A stretch of 63,342 nucleotides of DNA, filler included, from Olpidium bornovanus S191 (taxonomy: Eukaryota > Fungi > Olpidiomycota), in NCBI GenBank assembly GCA_017911155.1. It is 24 parts of 24 records of this genome, joined end to end, with 100 filler letters (N's around TTAATTAATTAA, not from the genome) between each part and the next. Parts side by side here need not be neighbours in the genome. Positions count along the whole stretch, not along the records: positions 22,852 to 24,400 come from JAEFCI010002245.1; positions 24,501 to 25,577 come from JAEFCI010001623.1; positions 25,678 to 29,229 come from JAEFCI010010802.1; positions 29,330 to 31,365 come from JAEFCI010002048.1; positions 31,466 to 33,022 come from JAEFCI010004420.1; positions 33,123 to 37,649 come from JAEFCI010002250.1; 18 more parts are not named here. The stretch is one strand, 5' to 3'. The notes under the pieces are model-generated. The model was not told the DNA's origin and ran no database searches. It saw only the letters and a program-made list of their open reading frames with translations. Of the stretch, positions 22,752 through 35,333 are shown in pieces. A program made the translations under genes and the position numbers. Every line of letters starts with the position of its first letter. Position 1 is the first letter of the stretch.

Positions 22752-23382
22752 NNNNNNNNNNNNNNNNNNNNNNNNNNNNNNNNNNNNNNNNNNNNTTAAT
22801 TAATTAANNNNNNNNNNNNNNNNNNNNNNNNNNNNNNNNNNNNNNNNNNNNCCAAACCCACCACTCTCAATCGCGTTTATTCTCAAGTGCTCTTACTCCC
22901 CTCCGAGCTCTTAACCCCTTTCCTGGGCGTGCCCGATAATAACATCGCCGCGGTGGTTGTGGGATTTCCTAATCCTGGAGGCCAAGTACTGGTAAAGTGC
23001 TTTCCGGCACGCGCTGCCGTGGATGCGAGGTCTAACCATTCCAGGGAACGCGTACTGCTAACTCAGACTCCAAGTCCGCCGTCCTGGCCTTCGGATCACG
23101 CCGGGTCGTGGAAGGCGGAACCGCATCGCCCGCGAGCTGCATCCTGCACGTCCCTGGACATCCTATGGCCTCTACTAACCGCGAAGACTGAACGACACAC
23201 GGAGACACTTCGCAGTTAAGGAAAGCGGGGATCGTCAGGACCTAAGATGTCCAGTTCAAACTGCTCCTGACTTCTGCGCGATTAGCTAGATACTTATGGG
23301 AACATAGTGACCACGCCAACCGCTCAGAGCTACTATTCAATCACCAGTGGCCTTTAACGGAAAACACGTGTCAGCAAACATC

Positions 23383-23856
<474 letters not shown>

Positions 23857-24276
23857 CTGCGACGGAAAAAAAAGGATGACGCGCGTCGTTTGGAAAAATG
23901 GTCAAACCAACGCTCGACCGATCGCAGTTTAAACGGGAACAAAAGTGCCCGAAGCATTGGGAAGAAGTTTGACGCGTAGACGCCGGTAGCCTAGAGGCAA
24001 AACGGGCGTGGCATGTCGTTCCTGGCCAGCCGGGAGACGTTTTGGGGAAACCGCCGCGTCTCTGCAGCTCTTGCCCAGATCAGAGGCCGCGTCCCACCTC
24101 CTCACGCCAACCGCGTCAGGCGGCAAGCAAGGATCTTGGTGGCACGGAGCCGCAAACGCCGAGAAAACGCGCAAAGAGGAGACCGCCCCCGCGGGATTCC
24201 GAAAAGCTCCTCCCGCAGCCACGCGCGCCGACCGCAAAGTTCCAGCGCGCAAGCGGAAAAAGAAAAGCTACAGAAG

Positions 24277-24369
<93 letters not shown>

Positions 24370-24400
24370 GGGCCCCCCCCCCCCCCCCCTCCCCCCCCCC
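24277..24400. repeat. Roughly 90-nt poly-A run followed by poly-C, within presumed H4 intron 1
   Basis: Seen directly. Poly-T on the H4 sense strand. Confidence 0.85.
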
Positions 24401-24634
24401 NNNNNNNNNNNNNNNNNNNNNNNNNNNNNNNNNNNNNNNNNNNNTTAATTAATTAANNNNNNNNNNNNNNNNNNNNNNNNNNNNNNNNNNNNNNNNNNNN
24501 CGAAAGAGGAGACAGCCAGAGAGACGGCGAGATGAGAGATCGCGGCGAGCCTGCTGAGCCGCCGTGCCGGGGAGGGGAGGCAGGGAAGGGGGAAAGGGGG
24601 AAAGGGGGGGGGGGGGGGGGGGGGGGGGGAAACC

Positions 24635-24680
<46 letters not shown>

Positions 24681-25686
24681 CAAGGGTCAAATAAACGTTT
24701 CTTAAGAAACGGGACGGGCGGCCGGGAAATCATGATGCCCGAGAGGCCGGAACGTGACGCAGGTCCTTCCCCCCTCATCCCCCCGGCCCCCCCGACTTCC
24801 CACTCCCCACACCTTGTCGACGCGAGGAGAGATCTTCGCGGGCGCCGTCGCCGGACGCGGCTTGTGCGCGACCTTGGGACTAGTCTGGCGAAGAACGGTT
24901 TCCAGGGAAGGCATCGGCCGGGGTGTGAGCAGTCGGGTTCGCCGGGGACAGAGGCTCTCGCCGGCGAGCTCACCTTGCTGGCAAGCATACTGAGCGCGGG
25001 GGGAAGGGGGGAACCGGGAAAGGATTGCAAGCCGGAGACCTGAAACAGCTTGTATCCATCGACCAGGGATGGAGGGGACCGCAGGGGAGCGGAGCGAGAG
25101 AGGCGGTCTTTCGCTTCTTCTCTGAGAGCGAAAGAGAGACAGAAACGAGGGATTGAGAGACAGAAAAAAAAAAACGTGGCGTCCCTCCACGCGTCTCACC
25201 CCTCCCCCCTACGGGCAACCAAAACAAAAACAAAAACAAAAAAGAAAATTAAAAACAAATCGGGGTTGATTCGTAAGATGGGTATGGATTCGCTAATGGC
25301 GCCGCCCTCCGGCCCCAACCCCACAGTCCGCCCTTACGCTAACGTTGCAACGTCGCGCCACGTCCACGATCCCCCCCCCCCCCACATTCCGTTCAACCGA
25401 CAATAGAACTGTGTGCGGTGCGAAACAGTAGTAAGGGAGTCGACGTGAGACGTCCACATGGGGGGGAAAGGGGATTGCCCAAGCCTGTCCCGCAAGCCCA
25501 CGTTTTCCGTCATCGCTTTCGGAGGAACGTCGGATCGCCCCCGCGTCATCAAACACATCGGCTTTTCGGCTCATCAGNNNNNNNNNNNNNNNNNNNNNNN
25601 NNNNNNNNNNNNNNNNNNNNNTTAATTAATTAANNNNNNNNNNNNNNNNNNNNNNNNNNNNNNNNNNNNNNNNNNNNCGGTGGTTG

Positions 25687-25719
<33 letters not shown>

Positions 25720-26075
25720 AGGGAGCCAGGCGCGGGGCAGCAGCGGGGGGGATAAAATCAGCGGGGCGGGGGTTTTTTTTTCGGTGGGATGGACGGGGAA
25801 GAGGCGGGTGGTGTGTGGCGCGCGCGCGCGCGCGCGCGGGGGAGCGCGGATTCCTCCGGGATTTCTCTCAGCCTCCAACGCGGGCAGGGCGGGCGGGCGG
25901 ATTTCCTCCGCCGCGCCCACAAACCAACCAAACCGCCCCGGGCCCCCTCCGCCGCCCCTTCCGCCCGCCAGAGTCCGCCGCGGCGCTGCAGCTTCCGGGC
26001 GCTGCCAGCGGACCCTGGTGCGCGCGCGCCCCCCGCAGCCCGGGACCGCCGAAGGCCGCCGCCCGCCGACCCGGG

Positions 26076-28985
26076 ATGGACGCTGTGCCGGGATCTCCGG
26101 CCGCCGCCGCCGCCGCCGCGCCGTCGCCGCTCTCGCCGCTGCCGGTCCCGGACCTCCGCGAGACGTGCAAGAAGTACCTCGTCAGCGTCCGGCCGTTCCT
26201 GAACCATGCGGACTACGAGCGCACGGAGGCCGCCGTGGAGGAGTTCCTCGAGCCGGGAGGCGCGGGCGAGCGCCTCCAGCAGCGCCTCCTCGCCAGGGCG
26301 GCGGCCTGCCGGAAATTCCCTCCGGACGGGCTGTTTGCGGCCCGCGCGGCCGCAGCCGCCCCCGCCGCCGGAGGCGAGGCAAGAAACGCCGCGGCGGAGG
26401 CGGCCTACGCCGAAGCGGCGCTGACGTCGGCTCGGCTGCGCGACGTATGCCGAGCGGACGGCGCGGGCGAGGACGACACCTGCTGGAAGTCTGCGCTGGC
26501 AAAGCGCGGCTTCCGGGTCATCTCCACGCAGTTCGAAAAGGACGGTCTCACGGTCAAGGCCACTGCGGACAACTGGCTGCTGGACTGGTGGAACGAGTAT
26601 TCGTACTTGGCTTTCCGGGACCCTGTCGTGGTGTTTGTGTCCTACTTCTTCGTCTTCCCTGACGACAAATTCAAGATCTCGGCGGTCAGCCGCGGAGCCA
26701 GCATCGTTGCCGGGGCAATGGAATTCAGGAAGCAGCTTATGGAGTGCGTTTTCCCAGTTTATCCTCATAGAGTCTGCCCAGAACCGGCTGACCGACAACT
26801 TTTTCGTTGTGTCTTCTTCGTGCACCTTTTGCCTCTCCGAAGCCGCACCTTGCCTCCTGATATGAACCGTACGGCACCCATGTGCATGCGCCAATACGAC
26901 TTCATGTTCAATACAACACGCATACCGCTGAAATCGTCGGACTGCAATGTTGTGTACGACCCGTATCGGAACAATCATATTGCTGTCGTTCGGAACAACA
27001 AGTTTTTTGTCTTCGATGTCATTATCCACGATCCGGAGAGCAACTCGATGCGTATGCTGTCAATCAAGGAAATCGAAAGGTGTGCGTGATGCTTCTCGAT
27101 CCTGTCTCCGACGATGCCTGCATTCGTCGCCACAGCTAATGCAATCATGGCTGCAGGCAGCTGCAGAAAATCGTGGACGCCACCGGAGAGGTGGCATCGC
27201 CGGCCATCGGGGTCTTGACGTGCGACAACCGAGACACATGGGCGGCGAACCGGGACATTTTCTTGGAACATAATCCCAAGAACGCGAAACTGCTCTGGCG
27301 GCTTGAGAGTGCCTGCTTCCTCCTTTGCCTCGACGACGGCAGGCCTGTCACGAAAGCCGAAGTCAGCCGCGCGTGCTGGCACGGGGACGGAGAGAACCGC
27401 TGGTTCGACAAGAGCTTGCAGTTCGTCGTTTTCGAGAACGGCAAGGCGGGGTTCTGCGGGGAGCACTCGCTCATGGACGCGACGCCGACCGCCAGGATGT
27501 GCGATTTCGTTGTCACGTAGTAAGTGGGAGCGCCGCATTGGTCCCGAAGCCAACGCCCGACTTTTTGTGCCCCGAGTTTTTTGACAACGACGGCCGCGGC
27601 AGCTCTCGAAAGCCTCCAAGGAAATTCGGGCGCAACAGCGGGAGTGCTGCGGACCTCGAGCTCCCGCCGCCGGAATGCCTCGATTTCGAAATCCCCCCTA
27701 AAATCCTGAGCGGCGCGATCCCCGCTGCCCTCGAGGCGTTCGGGGAACTCGTGCGGAAGCACCACCTGCAGGTGCTCTGCTACCGCGGCTACGGAAAGGA
27801 GTACATTAAGACGCTCAAGGTCTCTCCGGACTCCTTCTGCCAGATGGCTATTCAACTGGCGTGGTACAAAATGCGAGGGACCTGGGTGTCCACGTACGAA
27901 AGTGCCGGTATGAGAGGTTTCGGCTGGGGCCGGACTGAGACGTGCAGGACCGTGAGCGACGAAAGCGTGGAATTCGTCATTGCTATGGAATCCACGGATC
28001 TGCCGGTAGGTGTGGCGACCGGGCGGCCTTACCGCAATGTTTATGTCTAATGGCGTTTCTCCGGTAGGCAGAGACAAAGGCTCGCCTCGCTCGGCGAGCC
28101 ATCGGCGCCCAATCGGCCTACATGGCCTCCTGCCTCAAGGGATGCGGGATTGACCGTCATCTGCTTGGCCTTCGCTTGTCATTGCTGCCAACAGAACCGA
28201 CGCCATCCATCTTCGTCGATCCCGCCTACGCCCTGTCATCTCACTGGACGCTCTCGACGTCGCAAATCCCTTCGGATTTTTTCGAAGGCTACGGGTGGAG
28301 CGAGGTCGTGCCGGACGGTTTTGGGGTGGCTTACATGGTGAAGGGAAACAGCTTGCGCTTCAACGTGACCGGGCTTATTGGGCCGAGCGCCAAGGCTCCT
28401 GCGGTGGTCGGTTCCAAACCCCGAGCCCGTGTTCGCCAAGCCGGCATTCCCGGAGGCGGAGCATACGCGGACCTTCCTATGAACCGCGTGAGATGGTTCA
28501 AACATTATCTCGAGGAGAGCCTGGAAGATATGCGCCAGATGTTCGACGATGAGGCGGCCGCGGCGAAGCCGCCCGACGAACCCCAGGCTGCCGCGCAAGC
28601 CGCCGGCGCGCCCGCGCCGGCCGAAGAGGCCCCGACGCTCCGGAGCCACAAGCTTCCGCGGACGGTTCTGGCGGCACCCGCGAACGACGGCGCCCAGCAT
28701 CCGGTCCTGACGAGTCCGCCCTTGACCGGCGTCATCACCCGCGACGAGCCGGGGCTGTCTCTCGCTTACCCGCGCCGCCTCGAGCTCGGCGACGCCTTCC
28801 AGGACTACGACGAGGGCGACGGCGTCCTCGCCGGGCTCGGCAGCGTGGACTTCGAAGTCACCTGGAAGCAGGAGATGGCCCGCACCTTCGCGGAGCGCCT
28901 GCGCCGCTGGATGTTTCGCGACGGCGGCTCCTCGCCGGCTTCCGGCGGCCCCGCGTCTCCGAAATCACCATCGTCGCCAACCTGA
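26076..28985 (+). CDS. CAT2: Carnitine O-acetyltransferase (choline/carnitine acyltransferase family), multi-exon; true start may lie further upstream
   Basis: LPVPDLRETCKKYL; NWLLDWWNEYSYLAFRDPVV; PMCMRQY..MFNTTRIP; ENRWFDKSLQFVVFENGKAGFCGEHSLMDATPT (catalytic His); QMAIQLAWYK..STYESA..GRTET; GIDRHLLGL; LSTSQI..VVPDGFGVAY. Confidence 0.93.
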
Positions 28986-29385
28986 GAACCGGTCGGAGGT
29001 CCTCCGGCACCCCTCCCCCCCCCCATTTCGGCTCCTTTTTTGGTTTTTTTTTTTTCGCGAACACCGGCGGGGTGTTCCCGGGCCTCGCGGGACACCTTCC
29101 GGCAAAAAGCCCTGCGGCCCGCATCGGGGCCGACATCTCCACCATTTGATTTCGTCCACCGTCCACTTGTTTTTTGTCCATTACCATTGCGCATTTTTGC
29201 CGGCAGTCCGCGTGCACGCCAGACATGGCNNNNNNNNNNNNNNNNNNNNNNNNNNNNNNNNNNNNNNNNNNNNTTAATTAATTAANNNNNNNNNNNNNNN
29301 NNNNNNNNNNNNNNNNNNNNNNNNNNNNNACGCGTTAGCTCGCACGACAGGGTCACGAAAGAACGTCTCCAGGCTTAATAACCAC

Positions 29386-31104
29386 CTTCGGCAGCCGCAG
29401 GTCGCCGAAAAGACCCCAGAGATCTTCAAGTACTTGCTGTTCGTTTCATGCCGTTAGCGCCGGGGCCGCACGGGGAATGCAAACGCCGCACGTGCATTGG
29501 CGCAGAACACCGCTTACCAAGCCGACCAATGCCATCACGAAAAACCCTACCCATTTCACGCTAATAACGCGCACAGCTCGGTCAGATCCGAGCAGTAGGA
29601 GCGGCACTGATAATAGGAAAAACCGCGATCACACGATTACCTGCATACTATACCGATGCTCACGCCGGTAAGGAAGAGCCACAGGTACCACGGCTCGGAA
29701 AATGGACTGCGCGAGGGCGAGCTGATTAAGTTCTTGAAGCCGGGCGCGTGATCCGCGGTATTCCAAGAAAACGTACCGTTTCCGTTCATTGTGAAAGCGA
29801 GTAAGGCAGTACACGGTCGTGCACGTGAAGCACAGCAGCATTGAGTCCAGCAAAATGAACCGGCTTATCGCCATGTACGCCGTATCTGCTCGCGGTAACG
29901 GATCGCGCGCGAGCGCGTTGCAGCACGTTGGTGTCCAGCTCCGGTCACAACGCCGCCGGTAAGAGACGGGCCGCACACTAACCGAAAAGAACCATCCCCC
30001 CCGCCAAAAACGACGCCCTGCGCGAAAGTCTAAGCTCGCGTGCGGTAAAGTACGCGAGGGGCACGACGGCGATCCCGAAAAGAGCGAGGAAAACGCGCAT
30101 GACACCGTAGCGCATGTCTTCCGGGTACTTTTCGCCGGACTTGAATTCGAAGCGGCCCCGGTATCCGGCCAGGACGCCTCCGAGCGCGACCAGGATCTTC
30201 CCGAGCGGCGGGGGAACATCGAAATAAAAATCCCGCTTCAGGTAGTGAGACGCGAACTGATGCGGCCGGACAACCATAAAACGGAAAAAAAACGACGTGA
30301 GCGGTGGAACGGAGGAACCGCTGGGCACTTGAGCCATTTCTCTTTCTTTTCCCTTGTCGGAAGGGGATTTGGCTAAAAGGCGGGGGCCTGGCGCCTTGTG
30401 TCCCGCGCCTGCGGCAAGGAGATAAGGCCGGATGAAGGTGGAACCGTTCCACACCTTTCCGAAGTGAGCCTGGGAGAAGTAGATCTGGACGTCAGTTGCG
30501 TGATCATTCCACCGGTACCACGAGAAATAGCAATACTCGCCGCAACTAACCTCGTCCCACACGACGATGTTCGACTCGGTTATCCGGTAGAGCCGTGTCC
30601 AGAAGGCAAGCAGGGTCAGGATAAAAGGTAGCAACGTGTCCCTGTGAGCGTGGCAGAACGCGATCCACTGGAGCGGAGCGCGGGTCCGTCAGAATGTGCT
30701 GTCGCAGCGGTCGCGCGTCCACGTCGCTTCCAAGGTTGTCTTTTGATTTTTCGGATTTTTTTTTTCACGCTCTTTCGCTTTGTCGCGCAAGCCGATCTGA
30801 CGGTGTCGGCGCGCGGCGAGAGATCGCGAGACCGAAAAGCCGATGCAGGCAGGGCCGACCCCGGATCCCGCCGGCCGCGTTGTGAGGCTGTCTTCCCGGG
30901 GGAGGAGGGAGGGGGGGCTACCTTGTTCTTGTGGGGAGCCGGGGTGCGCAGGCGCGCCTTGCGGTCGTCCTCGGTCTCGCTGTCGAGGATCTTTTCGTCG
31001 CTGAAGGGCACGGCGGCTGCGGCCGGGACTTTTTGGCGCGCGGCATGCTTGATCCGCTTCTTGAGTGTTTCGGTCTCTTGCTGAAGAAGCTCGCCCGTTG
31101 TCAT
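29386..31104 (-). CDS. PMT2: Dolichyl-phosphate-mannose:protein O-mannosyltransferase, PMT2-like (3'-truncated)
   Basis: TRLYRI..VVWDE/AHFGK/FASHYLKRDFYFDV.PPLGK; SGEKYP; VPLAYFTA; ISRFILLDSMLL; SVKWVGFF. ATG at 31104. Confidence 0.93.
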
Positions 31105-31465
31105 GGTTCGATCGTGTTTCTTTCTCTCTCTTTTTCGGCGAGTGTTCAGGCGGGCGCTAGAGCGGCGCACGTTCTCGTCGCGCGTGGAGGAGGGGAGCGG
31201 CGAAGGAAAGTGGGGGGGGGGGGGGTGGGGGGTTCGGTTTTTTTTTTTTTTTTTTTTTTTTTTGTTGGTGGAAGCTGTCTTGAGGTTTTCGTATTTTTTT
31301 TTTCTCCAGCTTTTTCCCCACCGGGGGGGGGATCGTCCGGGGTCGAGCTCACCGGGGGTGCGCATNNNNNNNNNNNNNNNNNNNNNNNNNNNNNNNNNNN
31401 NNNNNNNNNTTAATTAATTAANNNNNNNNNNNNNNNNNNNNNNNNNNNNNNNNNNNNNNNNNNNN

Positions 31466-31710
31466 AACGACTTCGCTTTGATGCGTCCATCGAAGCGCCC
31501 GCCCCGGTGGACTGGACGGCTTCCCCGTGGGAGTATAAAAACCCCTTCGGGGAGTGCGCCCACAGGTGAATTTGCGCTTCGCCCTCGCCCAAACACAACA
31601 ACAAGAAAAGAAACGCTTTCCCTTCCCGCTCCGCCCGTCGCTCCGTCCGTCGCTCCCCGCTCCTCCGCTTCCGGCTCCGCTTCCGCGGCTATGGACCTTA
31701 CCACCAGTGC
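31466..31710 (+). repeat. Copy 1 of a dispersed repeat sitting within LINE sequence
   Basis: Starts AACGACTTCGCTTTGATGCG and ends near ATGGACCTT, like copy 2 at 32127-32535. Confidence 0.75.
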
Positions 31711-33022
31711 CTCGAACTGGCGAGCACCGCAAAGGAAAAGTGTGCTGTCATCGAAGCACATTCTTAACCAGGTCTTGCTCCAATCTGGGCGGTCGAGCAC
31801 GAGCCCTATGTCCTTGTTCAAGAACGCCTGAAAAAGCGGACATTGCAATAACAAACATGGCGCAGCTTAGGGCATCCCCTTGGCGGACCCCACATTTGAT
31901 TTGCACCCACGCTTCTGAGAGCGCCTGGTGGGGAATGCGCTGCGTAGCGAAGGTTAGACGTAGAGGTAGTGCTGCCTGTCGTCTCGACACCGTACCTTAA
32001 ACGCTTTTCCTCAAAGAGCCCGTTGAAGTGCTCTTCGACGGATTGGCTGGTGACAACCGACACGCTCTCCGTAGCGCCGTATCGCCCGTACCGACTTTAT
32101 ACCCATGCGCTCCCTGTAGCGCTTGTAACGACTTCGCTTTGATGCGCCCATCAAAGCGCCCGCCCAGGTGGGCTGGACGGCTTTCCCCCCCCCCCCAGGG
32201 AAGTGCGCCCACAGGCGAATTCGCGCTTCCCCCTCCCCCGAACACAACAACAAACGCTTTCCGCCTCCGGCCGCTCATCGCGCCGCCCTCGGCCGCCCGC
32301 CGCGCCATCTCCGCCGCCTTCGGCCGCTCGCCGCGCCATCTCCGCCGCCTTCGGCCGCTCGCCGCGCCGCCTTCGGCCGCTCGCCGTGCCGCATCCGGCC
32401 GCCCATCGCGCCGCCCTCGGCCGCCCGCCGCGCCGCCTCCGGCCACCCGCCGCGCCATCTCCGCCGCCTTCGGCCGTCCGCCGCGCCGCCTCCGGCCTCC
32501 CGCCGCGCCACCATGGACCTTTCCACGCCCAGCTGCATATAAGTTCCATACCCATTGCAAGAAGCGCGGGGGTGGGGGGAGGGGGGGGGGACTCAAAGTC
32601 TCCAGGACCCCAAATAGGAAGCCCCAATGAATCCTACAGTACGTTTTTTCAAAATCCAGAAATACCGCGAGGGCCTTGGACTCGGTGACGCGGGGTATTT
32701 CCTTAGGGAGGTCCACTTCGACCTCCAAGGACTCGTTAAAGCAAGCTGTGATTTCTTGTATCAGCGGCAGACTTCTGTAAACCTCTGTCGGAATTCCGTC
32801 TGGGCCTGGTGCTTTGTTGCGATTCGTCTTATGTAGGGCGAGTTTTACCTCATCCTCTGAGATTGGCGCATCAATCGCATTGCTCCATGCCTTTATCAAG
32901 AGGTGGATCGATGGAGCTGCCCGCACCGCTGCTAGAACTTCCTTGAGGAGGTGGTGATCTAGAGGGTCCGGGCTATACAACTGAGAGTAAAAATCCTTGG
33001 GCGATTTGCACTTTCTCGGTAG
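31690..33022 (-). mobile_element. Degenerate non-LTR (LINE, L1/Tx1-like) reverse transcriptase, interrupted by a GC-rich insertion
   Basis: FYSQLYS; PISEDEV..AL..NKAPGPDGIP.EVY; VFLDFEKTY.RIHWGFL..L..WV.NLY; GVRQGDALS..MFVIAM; CFDDSTLF (YADD-like). Internal deletion and frameshifts. Confidence 0.8.
32127..32535 (+). repeat. Copy 2 of the dispersed repeat, with an internal approx. 31-nt GC-rich minisatellite
   Basis: Shared approx. 130-nt core with copy 1; tandem CCGCCGCCTTCGGCCGCTCGCCGCGCCATCT-like units at about 32270-32510. Confidence 0.75.
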
Positions 33023-35333
33023 NNNNNNNNNNNNNNNNNNNNNNNNNNNNNNNNNNNNNNNNNNNNTTAATTAATTAANNNNNNNNNNNNNNNNNNNNNN
33101 NNNNNNNNNNNNNNNNNNNNNNCGGTCGGCCAAAGTCCGTTCTGAAATCTGCCGGCAAGACGTCCAAATCCTCCGGTCGGATATATGCGGTCGAGGACCT
33201 CTTCGGTGGTCAAGCTGCCTCTACCGGAGAACTGAAGGACATGCTAGCCTTACCGGCCGGCCTTGCCACCACTGGTGTGGCAGGGTTGTGGCTACCTTCC
33301 CTCCGAACGCACAACCGCCAGGGATACCCCAATCTGTGGAGGAATACAGGGGGGACAGGGGAGGGGGAGGCCGAGGATCGGACGCTGTAAAAAGGCGTGG
33401 AGCAGATAGCGAACGCCACACTTTGAATACAGCACCTCTTTTTCTCCTCTTTCTCACGAGGCTGCCAGTTGCCGGTCGCCGGGCGTCAGGCGCAACACGT
33501 GTGGAAGAGCGGCTGCGCCAAGCACAGATTATAGAACGAGATTCTGTAGAGAGCCGCACTTTCTTTATTCGGTTCTAGCCTTTTTATAGTATGGGATTCC
33601 TAGCAAATTTTCAGGGGCTCAAAAGGTGGGATTGTTTTGCCGTGTGATGCACGTGGGTTGGGCCTGAAGCCTTTTCCCCATTTTTCCCCTTTAAAACACG
33701 ATGCGCCCCCCTTTCGCCCCTCCCGCCTCGCGGACCAGGATACTGCGCCTGCATCCGGAATTCCATGTTTGAGGCCACCGTTTTCTACGCTTGAGCCCGC
33801 CGCCTTCCACGCCTAGCGCTGCCGTGTACGCCGCGAGCTGCTCCCACTAAGTCTCCACGCCCGAGCCTTGCCGTCCGCGCCTGCAAAAGCCAGCTGCAAA
33901 CAACAGCACTTCCCAGTGAGATCGTTCTTACTAGTAATTTGGCCGCAGGCGCGCGTTCGAATGTGACTTACCACATGCTCCGCGCCTGCGGCGCGCTGCC
34001 CAAAAGAAAGTCAAAGTTGCTTCCTTTGTAAACTAGAAAGTAAGATGGTTTGTGAATCAACGGAGGCACAATAAAAGGATCCACGCTAGGCAATATGACG
34101 GTGGGGAAAAAAGGGACTGTTCCCAAAAAGCCCAGGCTGATTCTCCGAACTGCGAAAAAATCAGAGTGATATGCTTGATGTCGGCTGATGCAGCTGACCT
34201 ATTAGCCAAGCAGAGAGACAGGCGTCACCAATAACCATGAGAATTTTGGCTGTCGAGTTGGGGGTAATTATTGAAAACCATCAAAAATCGTGATGGCGAG
34301 AATGCAGGTGATGATAAGTTACCTAGTATTGAACAAAAAACTGGGTCATGGGAATGATGCCACAGGCAACATAGTAACCATGCCAGTAAAGGGAATAACC
34401 GTGTATCAAACGGCCAAGCCGTCTTCCTCGTCCCTTGATAAAAGCATGCGGCCGAGTTGCCGAGAATAGCTGATGCCCTCCGTTCATTTTATCCTGCAAC
34501 GCCCAACATGACGGCAGCGCTGGTTAACTCCGTTTTCTGGAATCTGAAGGCTTCTCAATAAACGAAGACCTCTGTGTATGTTCCAATTGCAATCACTCCG
34601 AGTAAAAAGAATGTCTGGCCGTTGGTTACCGCGTGCGTCGCAACAACGCGCACCCCGTTCGGCACATCTCAGTGGTGACGTCAAAGCGTTCAGAACCGGG
34701 GAGCTGTCAACGGGATCACACGTCCCTGGTGGCGGCCACAGCCTTCGGACCTGTCGCTGTCAAGCGCCGACGGGGCTGGATGCACCCCCCGGCCAGCGCC
34801 AGCGCGCCGAGAGGCTCACGCCCCAAGAGTGACGGCGAGTTCCCCTCGTGTGGGCAAGCCCGAAGCGGGAGTTCGTCGGGGGTTCGCGGGTGTGATTCGG
34901 GGTCGGCGGCGGGGGCGGTTTGCATTCGTTACGGACGCGGAAGGTGGGTCTTCCCCTCCCCCCCTCCCCCCTCCCCCCGCCCCCTTCGCCCCTCGCCCCC
35001 TTCGCCCCCGCCCCCTTCCCCCCGAACGTGAAAACAACGCAAACCAAGGCGCCGCCATCTCCCTTCCGCCCTCCCGCCGCCGACCCCGCCGTCCGTGTTT
35101 CTTTCGTGCTGCCATCCGCCGCGGCCTACCCGGCGCTCGCGGTTGCAAATCTCCGGGCCCCCCCCTCCCCCCTACCCGGAAAAGAGAGTGCGGCAAGAAG
35201 TCCGAAGGTGCGTCGGCGACCGTGCGCGCGCTTTGGCGAGCGAGAGGGCCCCGGCTAACCGGACATTCGCGTGGACACTGAGCAGGGCGAACGTGGCTTT
35301 CGCGCGTAGCCGCTTCACCGCGCGCCGACCGCC

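Noticed and set aside
30212-30214. PMT motif DVHPP changed to DVPPP
   Set aside because: One base in a G-run (plus-strand GGT>GGG), a well-known short-read miscall context; needs read inspection before any claim. HAS1 LGE (expected LVE) has the same context.
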